A DNA stretch of 64,000 bases from a virus. This document shows, in pieces, positions 27,623-37,465 of the stretch. A model generated the notes under the pieces. That model did no database searches. It was given only the letters and a program-made list of their open reading frames with translations, and was not told where the DNA came from. Position numbers and translations under genes: made by a program. The stretch spans positions 96,001 to 160,000 of IMG/VR virus record IMGVR_UViG_3300047494_000112. One strand, written 5' to 3'. Numbering within the stretch: position 1 is the first letter of the stretch; each line of letters starts with the position of its first letter.

Positions 27623-30600
27623 ATGGAGAGAAAATGTATGACCTACTACATTCAACGTAAAGCACCGCGCTTGAACGAAATTTGGGAGGCGTTTACTCGC
27701 GACGAAATAAGGGACCTTGAGGTAGAATTTCAACCTTGCTATGACCCACCCAAGAACCGCAAGGGCGACAAAATGGATGTAATGTTTCTTTTCGGTGATA
27801 GTGTAACAGTGGTTGAGACCACCAATGACGAGAAAAGATTTTGGGTTACGTCAAACAGCTTAGATCCATTTGGTACTGTAGCGCCGGTTGCTGATATAAT
27901 TGCCAACACAAAGGGCGTAGATGACATGATGGATGCGCTGAGACCAAAAGGATCGTACAAGCATCTAGGCAAATATTGCGCTACCTGGGAAGAAATATGG
28001 GCTGCTGCTTGCTATATTGAGAATGAGCCGCCAGAGAAATGGCCGACTGATGATGAACACCCTCGTGTTCCGTATGCTTTGCGTGATATAGAGCCGGACG
28101 ATGATGACGATACCGGCTCTGATATGGATGATGACGATGAGTAAAGCTCTAGAAATACCTGATAAGACTTGCACTATCCGAAAGCTTGAGCATGACATGT
28201 GGCGCGGTGAATTTTCGCCTGGATTGCCGTATGATCCAATGACAAAAGGCTGCAAACACAATGCAGCCGACATTGAGATAATTGAGATACAGAGTCCTAC
28301 AACGCATCAGGCCAATGTTTATTTGTCCATTCATGAGGTCGGCAAGCACGGCTTACGGTACATGCACTACCTATTTCACTTGATGGGTACGCGTGATACT
28401 GCTTTGACCGCCAAGCGCCTAACTAGCTTACTGAAAACCCACTTGGGCTACACTGTGATTGATCATGATAAAAAAGTAGCGTTAAACGCTTTGAAAAAAC
28501 TCACCGAAGAAGAGATACGCGCATTGCGTATCAGCGGCGTATAAAGTAAACCTGACCGAAAAACAAGGAGCCATCAAATGCAGGTATTTAAAGATCTAGA
28601 AACTCTGGTTGCACTAGTACCTGAAGAAAAGGCAATGGCTATTAGCTTCAAAATTCTTCAAGAGGAGCTTAATCGAAGTGTAGATTCAGTGGTTGAAGAG
28701 CTTCGATCCAAAGGATTCTTTTTAGCTGAAGACAATGTCTCGCTATTGATTGCACGCTCTGAGAATATAATTGATGCTGCCTGTAATGGTGCGGAAATTT
28801 TGGAATTGAATGAAATTGCTCTAGAATCTCCAAGATATTTGTCCTAATACCAGGAGAATGAAAATGGCTACTCCGATAAAAGATAGGATTGAGATAGCAG
28901 CTGTACTAGGTATTTCTATTGGAACATATGTAAACTATGATAATTTTGATGACGGAGACGAAGAAGCAGAAGGTAGCTGTGAAAACGGAGAACAAATTTT
29001 TGTAGGCTTTGAGCCCAATAAAACATTCAAAATGTACCTACCTGATAACTGGTTAGAAAATATTTCAAAGTGGAAGAAACAAAAGATTAATCAAATAGAA
29101 CCTGCTTGGTTTTTGAAGCTTTTCCACGAGACGGGCTCAATTAAGCTAATCAATTACGAGACAGGCATAGATGAAGACACCTTCGAGGAAGAAATTGATG
29201 GTGAACAGCTACAATGGCTAGATATTTTGATGCACTTGGTAAGTGCTGATGAAGATATGAATGAGGAAGGCGAGGAATGAAACTCAAATTGGTTCTGACT
29301 TGCGGGGCTTGCCCTGAGCAGTATGATGTCTTTGATCCAGATAATACAAGAATTGGATACTTGCGTCTAAGGCATGGGCATTTTAGTGCAGAATATCTTG
29401 GTGATACACATGTTGCTGATGACGAAGGATGGCTAGGTGAGATAGTGTATGAAGCAAGACCAAAAGGTGACGGCATATTTGATTCTGAAGAACGTGATTA
29501 TTATCTGCGCTGGGCTGTATACAAGCTGCTAGAAAGAATTAAAAAAGGTGAACCTTTTTCAAAAGAAAAGCCTAAAGCTCCTGATGTAGAATATGAAATT
29601 GAAGGTGACGCAGAAGAATGGGGTGGCTGGGGAAATTACTTGCAGGATAAAGGCGACGATGATAATGTCTAATCTATATAAACCGTCGCAAGAAGAAATT
29701 ATGAATATAGCATTGGATATCACTGCTCCTAATCACAGCGTTCAGATTGAGATTCGTGAGGATGGGCAAGTGATATGGGTGAACATAGATGGTGTTTGTG
29801 CCTTAAGAGTTTGCCGTATCCCTAAGCTGGAATTAAATGACAGTAGAAAACGTATCTTAGATACGCATGTTACGCACTTGTCAGGTGGTGAACTTAGGTA
29901 GGAAAAATCAATGACTGAATATAGATGGAAAAACGGCGGGCTATGCTTTAAATCAAGTTTGCCAAACGCAAAATGGCGCCCATGCTCTTTGGGACAAACT
30001 ATTTTTTATCTAAAAGGCAAGATTCGTAGCACTGCAAGAAAATTGGCTACCAATCATGATGTTTCAGCAATAGACTTGCTAGAGTTAATAGGTGAGCATG
30101 ATGCCTCAGCTTGAGTGGACAGTAAAACCGTTTGTATCTCGTTTTCATTGGATTTGGCATAATTGGGAACGCTGGCAAGATCAAGGCGACGAGACTCAGC
30201 GTAGAGAGTGCCTAGTTTGTGGTAAATTACAGGTTCGATCTACTTCACTATGTCAGCATACTTGGTTGGATAGAGGAATTACAAGAGTAATACATTTTGT
30301 TGACGAAAAACCGACAAAGGAACTGGGTATCAAATATGAATATGGCTGTATGAGATGTGCCAGGCACAAAACTGTCTTTAGTCCTCACGATATTAATCAG
30401 CGTACAAAAGTCACAATTACTTAGGAGATTGAGATGATCGATCTACGCCACGTTCAAGGTGACGCTCAAAGAGCAATCAAGTTGTATTGCACTATCTGTC
30501 AAAAAAACGAAGCTGTAATGTTCCTTGAACAAGTATACCGTAATCTGTGCGACAGGCTAAACCTGGATCCTGCTGTAGATCTTACAACCGCATACGTTGA

Positions 30601-30877
30601 TAGCGCGCTGTATCAGCGATTAATTATCTCAGAAACAATTATCATACTTTTGTCTTTAGATGAGATTCATTTGAATCTGGTAAATTCTGATTTGCAAGAA
30701 GCTTGCGATACTCTAATCGCACTTGAAGAACCTGAACAGGTGGGGTTTGAACAGTCTCTTGAGGAAGAAGATGATAGCAATAGGCGCATCATTGAATCCA
30801 ATGACGTTTTTGATGTTGAAGAAGTCGGTAGCGATTTCGATAATGTTTTCCTGGAAGATCCCTATGACGATGAATAG
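27623..30877 (+). other. Run of small coupled hypothetical CDS: 27623..28144, 28137..28544, 28578..28847, 28858..29280, 29277..29672, 29665..29901, 29911..30114, ~30098..30424, 30434..30877
   Basis: SD motifs and ATGA overlaps; no recognisable families; several are acidic. Confidence 0.65.
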
Positions 30878-30880
30878 AAA

Positions 30881-31021
30881 TTGCAGGCTATCCAGTGATA
30901 GCGCAACACTTACACAGCCTCATTATCTTGAGGCTGGGTAAGACTGGTAAATCACACCAGTCTAGTAGACGCGGACACGCTAGGCGCAATTGCGTGAGCT
31001 GTACGGCAAGGACATTGCGCG
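30881..31021 (+). ncRNA. Candidate structured RNA (five consecutive hairpins)
   Basis: GCTATC/GATAGC, CAGCCTCA/TGAGGCTG, CTGGT/ACCAG, GTCTA/TAGAC and GCGCAAT/ATTGCGC stems in a GC-rich intergenic gap. Confidence 0.35.
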
Positions 31022-31047
31022 TATTTTAACACCGTAAAGGGTAAAAA

Positions 31048-31620
31048 ATGGCTTCTATCAAGAAAATGAAGAGTGAAATTGCTGCAAAGTTGGATGAGCT
31101 TTCGGACGAGCTTGTAACTGCTCACCATACTTTGATTATGGCAGCCGGAACCGATGACGATGATACTTCATCCGATGACGATGACGATGACGATGTTGTA
31201 TCTGACGATGACGATGACGATGATGACTCTTCGTCTGATGATGACGATGATAGCAACGATGACGATGACGATGATACTTCATCTGATGACGATGACGATG
31301 ATACTTCATCTGATGACGATGACGATGACGATGATGACTCTTCGTCTGATGATGACGATGATGACGATGATAGCACTGATGACGATGACGATGATAGCAC
31401 CGATGACGATGACGATGATGAACCCGCGCCGAAGCGTACCAAAAAAGTAAAGCCGGGAAAAAAGGCAGCTAAACCTGCCAAAAAAGTCAAGAAACCCGCA
31501 AAGGTGAAAAAGCCTGCAGCAAAGGTAAAAGCTGCCAAAGGTAAGGCAGTAAAGAAGACAGCTAAAGCTAAGCCTGGACCTAAGGCTGGCAAAAAGAAGA
31601 CCACCAAAAAGACACGTTAA
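31048..31620 (+). CDS. Bipolar low-complexity protein (poly-Asp/Ser tract plus histone-H1-like K/A/P tail)
   Basis: About 90 aa of D/S/T repeats followed by PAKKVKKPAKVKKPAAK repeats. Confidence 0.7.
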   Translation: MASIKKMKSEIAAKLDELSDELVTAHHTLIMAAGTDDDDTSSDDDDDDDVVSDDDDDDDDSSSDDDDDSNDDDDDDTSSDDDDDDTSSDDDDDDDDDSSSDDDDDDDDSTDDDDDDSTDDDDDDEPAPKRTKKVKPGKKAAKPAKKVKKPAKVKKPAAKVKAAKGKAVKKTAKAKPGPKAGKKKTTKKTR

Positions 31621-31626
31621 TCAGGT

Positions 31627-31653
31627 AATGGGGGTGTAACAGCCCCCATTTTC
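31627..31653 (+). terminator. Rho-independent terminator
   Basis: AATGGGGGT / GCCCCCATT stem then TTTC. Confidence 0.7.
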
Positions 31654-31670
31654 TGTTTAGGAAAAAATTA

Positions 31671-32102
31671 ATGGCAACAGAATATCACGTTGCTGTTAAC
31701 AGCAACGGAATTAGACATTTGATAGGAGAAATTATCTCCACAAATGAAAACGGCATTGTGTTCCAATTCAAACAACCTCGTTCTTCTAAGAGGTTAAGAG
31801 TAACGGTTCCTTCTTATGCAATTATCTTGATCAAAGAAAATGGCATCAAGAGTGAGTTAATTTTTCAGTCTCCTAGCTATGAAGTGGTAAGATTTACCGG
31901 AGTAACAAACGTAAGACAATCAAAAATTGTAGGACTCTCTGTAGGTGAAGCTAAAAAGGGAGAAACACTGCATTTTTCTTCCGACCGAGCTTTTGTTGCT
32001 TCATTACATGAGAAAACTAAAAGAGAAAGAAAAGCAACAAAATCTTCAAATACTGCTGTAAAAAAGAGTAAAGGTAAGCCAATCAAGGCACAAGCTTGGT
32101 GA
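31671..32102 (+). CDS. Hypothetical protein
   Basis: AGGA SD; 143 aa. Confidence 0.65.
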   Translation: MATEYHVAVNSNGIRHLIGEIISTNENGIVFQFKQPRSSKRLRVTVPSYAIILIKENGIKSELIFQSPSYEVVRFTGVTNVRQSKIVGLSVGEAKKGETLHFSSDRAFVASLHEKTKRERKATKSSNTAVKKSKGKPIKAQAW

Positions 32103-32113
32103 AAGGAAATTAA

Positions 32114-32476
32114 ATGACAATGTATCGTGACGCAGAAAGAGAGTTCTTGCGTGAGCCTTCTTTGGAAGGCTTGTCCTATCTATTGCGTAATTTGAGTAGA
32201 CTTCGTCCTGATTGGAAATGGAATTTTGAAAAAGAAAATAGCTGTGCTTATGGATTGTTTTATGATCAATGGCCTACCGAGGAAGAGAAATTCTTTAGTG
32301 GTCCATGTGGCATGGGTTTTTGGAGTAGCCTAAACATATTCTTTGGCTGGGGTATCAGACACATGCCGAATCGTCATGTTAGGCCATATCATATTGCTTA
32401 TCTGATTGATAAGTATTTGGAAAAACATCCTGAGATGTCAAAAAGTCAAAGACTGTACGCTTTTTTGAATAGCTAA
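32114..32476 (+). CDS. Hypothetical protein
   Basis: AAGGA SD; 120 aa. Confidence 0.6.
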   Translation: MTMYRDAEREFLREPSLEGLSYLLRNLSRLRPDWKWNFEKENSCAYGLFYDQWPTEEEKFFSGPCGMGFWSSLNIFFGWGIRHMPNRHVRPYHIAYLIDKYLEKHPEMSKSQRLYAFLNS

Positions 32477-32482
32477 CTAAAT

Positions 32483-32560
32483 GGGGCCGTGGACTAATGG
32501 ATAAGTCAACTGCCTTCTAAGCAGTTCATCATGTGAGTTCGACTCTCACCGGTCCCGCCA
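32483..32560 (+). tRNA. tRNA-Arg(TCT)
   Basis: GGGGCCG/CGGTCCC acceptor, ACTGC-CTTCTAA-GCAGT anticodon arm, TTCGACT T loop, encoded CCA. Confidence 0.9.
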
Positions 32561-32562
32561 TA

Positions 32563-32640
32563 GGAAGGTTAGCTCAGCCTGGTTAGAGCGGCCCGCTCAT
32601 AACGGGTTGGTCACTGGTTCAAATCCAGTACCTTCCACCA
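32563..32640 (+). tRNA. tRNA with CAT anticodon (elongator Met or Ile2)
   Basis: GGAAGGT/ACCTTCC acceptor, CTCATAA loop, TTCAAAT T loop, CCA. Confidence 0.9.
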
Positions 32641-32678
32641 TTTATAATGATGCAGACTAAACCACAACGGAGAGTAAA

Positions 32679-33662
32679 ATGAAACGCTTACTAGCAGTAG
32701 CTTTAATTGCTTTTGGGTTTGCAACACATGCAAACGCTCAATCGACCCCTAGTCTAGATTCGCTTGATAATTCAACCGTTCAAACGGTGACAATTACCGT
32801 TGCTTGCGGTGATCTGAAAAAAGCAAATTGTGCAGAAATACTGCCGCACATAGCTCAATATACTTCAGCAAGCAACGTGCAAATTCAGCCAGTTGCTTCA
32901 CGAGGCAGCGTTCAATCAGCTGAAGGACTTTGCAAAGGTCTAATTAATGCAGCGGTTGGGCAGCATGATGCTTTTGCGGAAGTCGAACAACAAACTTTAT
33001 GTGCTAATACGTTTACGTCTGTTGGACATCCATTGTATCCATACTTTGGCTACCTAATTGTAGCCGCCAGTAATAAGGCAAACAGCCTAAATGATATGGT
33101 TGATAATTTGCCAACTGGAAAGGATGTTCAGATTGCAGACGGCAAGGTCGGCTCTGGTGGTCAGATAACGTTTGATAATATTCGACAGTACGGTACAGAC
33201 GACAACGGCAATTCGTATCAAACAACAGTTTCAGCTTTGCCTGAAGACTGGACCATTGCTCAGGAACAAATTTCATCAGGCCAGCTTGATGGATACTTTA
33301 TCATGGATGCTCCTGGCTCGCCTTTGATTGCACAAATCAAGAGTATCATTGATCCAAATACTAAAAAGCCAGCGTTCAAATTTTTGGATGTTCGCCCCGG
33401 TGACAAGTTTTATGATCTTCAAGATTGGAAAGGCGTTCCCTTGTATCAAGAAGTCACAATTAACGGTGGAGGTTGGTTTTCAAACGCTACAAAAACTGTA
33501 AGCACTTGGGCTGAGCTGTATGCAAACACTACTTGGACTAATTCGGATACAAACGAGCAAGCGTTTAGTGTATTGCAGCAATCAGCCGATCAAGCTGATG
33601 CAGCAATTCGAGCGTCAACTTTGACGCCTAAGGACTGGACAGGCGACATTCCTAAAAACTAA
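32679..33662 (+). CDS. Secreted periplasmic solute-binding protein, TAXI/TRAP-like
   Basis: Signal peptide MKRLLAVALIAFGFATHANA; SRGSVQSAEGL..AAVGQHDA and GKVGSGGQITF motifs. Confidence 0.6.
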   Translation: MKRLLAVALIAFGFATHANAQSTPSLDSLDNSTVQTVTITVACGDLKKANCAEILPHIAQYTSASNVQIQPVASRGSVQSAEGLCKGLINAAVGQHDAFAEVEQQTLCANTFTSVGHPLYPYFGYLIVAASNKANSLNDMVDNLPTGKDVQIADGKVGSGGQITFDNIRQYGTDDNGNSYQTTVSALPEDWTIAQEQISSGQLDGYFIMDAPGSPLIAQIKSIIDPNTKKPAFKFLDVRPGDKFYDLQDWKGVPLYQEVTINGGGWFSNATKTVSTWAELYANTTWTNSDTNEQAFSVLQQSADQADAAIRASTLTPKDWTGDIPKN

Positions 33663-33667
33663 TAGAG

Positions 33668-33780
33668 CTTGCCGCGCCGAGTAGGGGCAAGAGGCGACGA
33701 TCCGGGTGCCATGAGTATCGCCGCGTGGAGCTAGATAATGCTACAGTTATCCCCTCAGTGAAGTAGCCACTACGGATCAC
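33668..33780 (+). ncRNA. Candidate structured RNA with possible pseudoknot
   Basis: GC-rich gap with hairpins CTTGCC/GGCAAG, GGCGA/TCGCC, GATAA/TTATC, GTAG/CTAC; loop GATCCG complementary to CGGATC. Confidence 0.25.
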
Positions 33781-33798
33781 AGTTTACTGGAGAAAGAC

Positions 33799-35451
33799 AT
33801 GAGATGGCTAAGTGAAAAATTTGGTGCATTTATCCTAAAATGGAAAATATCTCTATGGTTATCTATACTGGCACTAATCTACAGTGCGGCTTGTATGCAC
33901 GTTACACTATGGGAACCTGTAATTATAATGTTTCTGATTATTGTTTTGTACCTAGCTCGCATTTTTGCTCACATTGAAGGCGAGGAAAAATACAAAGTAA
34001 AGTTGGCTAATAAGTTAGGAGAAAAGAAATGAGTGAGCTTGCTGATAACCGTCGCGAAAAAAATGATACCAAAAAACAAGCTTCAATTCATCCAAATAAA
34101 CGGAGTGCAAAGACAATTGCAAGACGTAGGCAAAATTATCTGCGTAATAAACAGATAAGAGCTGAGTTATATAAAGCTCATAGGTCCAGTGGATGGAATA
34201 ACCAGGTTAGTACCTGGCACGAAACGCTAAAAGCTTTGTCTAACGGAAGCGCTGGTTAGATTTGCAGCTATTACTAAATCGATAAACCAATATTAACGGA
34301 GATTGTTGTGCTTGAATTGATAAAAGTTTTTAAGATTAAAGACTTGGTTGAAAAAGATAACATGTTTCGTAGGTTAATAGTATCCAAGCTAATATCTCAG
34401 CTTGAGACAAAAGAGACCTATGAATTTGTTGAGAATGACCGTTCTATTCCGAGCAATATGAATGGCATGATTAGAGCAGCTTTAGAGAAAAGTAAAAACA
34501 GACTACCAGAGTTGCAAGATTGTTGGATTTTATCCTCACATATTGGTTTCATGAATACTGAGGATGAGGAAGAAAATCCTTGGGATATAATGCACATTCA
34601 CTGTAGGCTTGTAGATAATAAGCTAGTTACAGTTGAAAAAGCTCCAGAGGGGTACGAACTACACCGAATTTTTGAGGTGTGCATCAAGTATGATCTAATT
34701 TTTTCGCAAGTTCAAACTTTGGATATAAAATTAGACATTAAATTTAAAGATATTGAAATTGAAGATGAAGAGCTGATTAACGGTATGGAATTGGCTGGCT
34801 TAGTTGAAGAAGAGTTGGATGAGCTGGGCTACACTGATGACGATGATGACGAATATGAGGATGAAGATCCAGTTGAAGATTACAAAGGCTTCTTGCCTGG
34901 TGAGTTGCCTTTGAAGGATGATACTCTTACATAAACAGGCGCCAGACACTTTTTGGCTTGCTGTTTGCTCCTGCTGTAATCCGTAGTCCTGGTTATAAGA
35001 TCAATTTTGGAGTTACAGGTATGGCAAAAGTTTTGATCATTGCAAAGTATGCTGATGAGAGTGCGCGTGAATGTTTGGGTAGGCTTTTGGAGGATTTTTG
35101 TCTTCAAGACAGCATTTGGGACTCTTACACTGGTAAACAATTAGGAGTTGCTGAATACTATGAAGCGGACAAGAGAAATTTTGCTGAATCTGTGTTGTCA
35201 GAATGTAGGAAATTAAATCCTTCAGTTGGTTATGACATTGTTGAGGTAAACAAGGCATGATGAAATATTCAGCTTCAATTACTGTTGGTGAACACGACCT
35301 TTCTTATCCTGAAGGAACTAACACTCTACAAATGCTGGAGATACATCGAGACATTGACAAGATTCAGGATACTGTCACAATTTGGATTGATCAGCAAAGA
35401 ATTAAGCTGACTTTTGAAGAGTTTCAGAGCATTGTACGAGAAATAATGTAA
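33799..35451 (+). other. Small hypothetical CDS: 33799..34032 (membrane), 34029..34259 (basic), 34308..34934 (acidic tail), ORF ending 35260, 35257..35451
   Basis: Coupled + strand ORFs with SD motifs. Confidence 0.6.
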
Positions 35452-35476
35452 TTGGCCGGTTAGCTGGGAGTCTAGC

Positions 35477-36724
35477 TTGAACAAAAAGCAGAAAAGATTC
35501 TACAACTTACTAATCAAGAAAACTAGGGGCGCGTTCTTAGTGCGAGGTCATGCAGGTACAGGTAAAACTTATCTTGCCTGTCGTATAATTGAAAAGTTTT
35601 TAGACGATGGAAAAACTGTCACTGTTTTATGCCCTACGCATCAAGCCAAATATCAGTTTTCAGCCAAACTAGAACAAAATAAGCGTCTTGAAATCGATAC
35701 TGTAGCCAGTTTTCTTACACAATTTCCTATAGTAGATAAAGCTACAGGTGAATTGGTGTTTCAAAGAGGTGGCTACGGTGGGTGTGATTCTGATTTGTTG
35801 GTAATTGATGAAACTTCAATGGTCTCTGAATATGAAATGAGTGAACTCCTAATAGCCAAAGAATTTGTATTAGTCATTTTCTTAGGAGATTTTGAGCAAC
35901 TTCGACCAGTAATGAAAAAACAAGGAGATCTGTACAAACAGCTAAAAACTTTTACTTTAACACAACAACAGCGCAATGCAGGACCCATTCTTGAAATGTG
36001 TTCTGAATTGCGAGAACGCTTATTTTATCCAGTCAAGTCTGTAGTTAAAGACAACGGGAGCATTATCGTTCACCATACTAGGGAACAACTGATAGAAAAA
36101 TTTTTAGAAGACTTGCAAAAAGAAAAAGTAAAATATAACCTGTGCTATTTAGCATACCGAAATGCGACAGTAGAGCAAGTTAGAATAAAAGCACACCGAT
36201 TACTATATGGCTCTGCCTCGTTTACAAAGGGGCAGTACTTACGTTTAGACGGGCGATCTCATGCAGGTAATAATGGCTCAATACTAAAAGTGTTAAAAGT
36301 TGAAGCGAGTGAAAAAGTCAAAATAGCTGGACTGCTTGTTAGGCTCTTTACACTCAAGATTCGTAATCTTGATTTAAAGCAAGCTTTCCATGTTGATATG
36401 GTAGGACCTAAAACTCAGATAAAGCTAAAAAATCTACTACAAGATTTGTATAATCAATCTGCAAAGTGGTTTCGGAAAAATCATATCAAATGGAAAATAT
36501 GCCAAGAAGAGATCAAAGAAATAAGGCAAGTGGTAATGTATAGTTGTCCATATGTTTCTACTGTACACAAGTCTCAAGGTAGATCAATACCTCGTGTTTA
36601 TGTAGACACTTTGGATATTAATAGTGGAAACGATCGCAAACGTTTAATGTACGTCGGTTGTTCTCGAGCCATTGATAAAGTACATACGGTTCGAGTACCT
36701 GATAAATCTAAAAAGAAAAGATAG
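35477..36724 (+). CDS. dda: SF1 DNA helicase, Dda/RecD-like
   Basis: GHAGTGKT, LVIDETSM, GDFEQLRPV, QQQRN, TVHKSQGRS, YVGCSRA. Confidence 0.85.
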   Translation: MNKKQKRFYNLLIKKTRGAFLVRGHAGTGKTYLACRIIEKFLDDGKTVTVLCPTHQAKYQFSAKLEQNKRLEIDTVASFLTQFPIVDKATGELVFQRGGYGGCDSDLLVIDETSMVSEYEMSELLIAKEFVLVIFLGDFEQLRPVMKKQGDLYKQLKTFTLTQQQRNAGPILEMCSELRERLFYPVKSVVKDNGSIIVHHTREQLIEKFLEDLQKEKVKYNLCYLAYRNATVEQVRIKAHRLLYGSASFTKGQYLRLDGRSHAGNNGSILKVLKVEASEKVKIAGLLVRLFTLKIRNLDLKQAFHVDMVGPKTQIKLKNLLQDLYNQSAKWFRKNHIKWKICQEEIKEIRQVVMYSCPYVSTVHKSQGRSIPRVYVDTLDINSGNDRKRLMYVGCSRAIDKVHTVRVPDKSKKKR

Positions 36725-36731
36725 TATGTTT

Positions 36732-36806
36732 GGCCGGTTAGCTCAGCGGTAGAGCATTCCCTTTACACGGGACAGGTCGGCGGTTCAATCCCGTCACCGG
36801 CTACCA
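36732..36806 (+). tRNA. tRNA-Val(TAC)
   Basis: GGCCGGT/ACCGGCT acceptor, TTTACAC loop, TTCAATC T loop, CCA. Confidence 0.9.
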
Positions 36807-36811
36807 AAATA

Positions 36812-36887
36812 TACGCCTTGGTGGAATTGGTAACACCCCAAATTTTGATTTTGGAGATTCCTGGTTCGAGCCCAGGAGGCGTAACCA
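36812..36887 (+). tRNA. tRNA-Gln(TTG)
   Basis: TACGCCT/AGGCGTA acceptor, CCAAA-TTTTGAT-TTTGG arm, TTCGAGC T loop, CCA. Confidence 0.88.
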
Positions 36888-36891
36888 GTAT

Positions 36892-36976
36892 GGGGTCGTG
36901 GAGGAATGGCATACTCTTCAGACTTAAAATCTGACGCCCGTAGGGATTGTGGGTTCGAGTCCCACCGGCCCCACCA
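36892..36976 (+). tRNA. tRNA-Leu(TAA)
   Basis: GGGGTCG/CGGCCCC acceptor, TCAGA-CTTAAAA-TCTGA arm, long variable arm, CCA. Confidence 0.92.
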
Positions 36977-36999
36977 AAATTTATAACAAAGGAAAACAA

Positions 37000-37465
37000 A
37001 TGAAAAATCTATACGTGCATACAGTGTCTGTGCCCAAGTTTGCTTTTTGGTACGACGGAGAAGGAATGAAGTATCGTACTGGGCCATATCTGTTTTGGGA
37101 AAAACTAATTCGAGACTATGGACCAGCAGGTGGCAAATGGTCGGCTCTACTAGGAGGTTTTACTCCTTCAATTAGGTTCAAGAACAAGACGGATGCAAAT
37201 AATTTATCAGTATATTTGTCGTTGTTCAAATGAAGGTAACTCTATCACAGTTAAAAAGTGAGATGCTATGGGTCTCAGTTACGGAGAGTGGCTACGCAAG
37301 TCTAATGAAACAGCGGACATTAGACAAGCATATGAGATGTTTGACCAAATGACCTTGTCGATTGGTAAAAGTTATAGAACTGAAATTTTCAACGCTATCT
37401 ATCATGAAGCTGAACGTCGTTGGAAAGAAAGAAAAGAGCAATATGACACAGAAGACGGGAATTAG
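37000..37465 (+). other. Two small hypothetical CDS (37000..37233, 37268..37465)
   Basis: AAGGA SD before the ATG at 37000. Confidence 0.5.

Noticed and set aside
23570-31420. Long GAT/GAC repeats as CRISPR or satellite arrays
   Set aside because: They are in-frame codon repeats for poly-Asp tracts, with no unique spacers.
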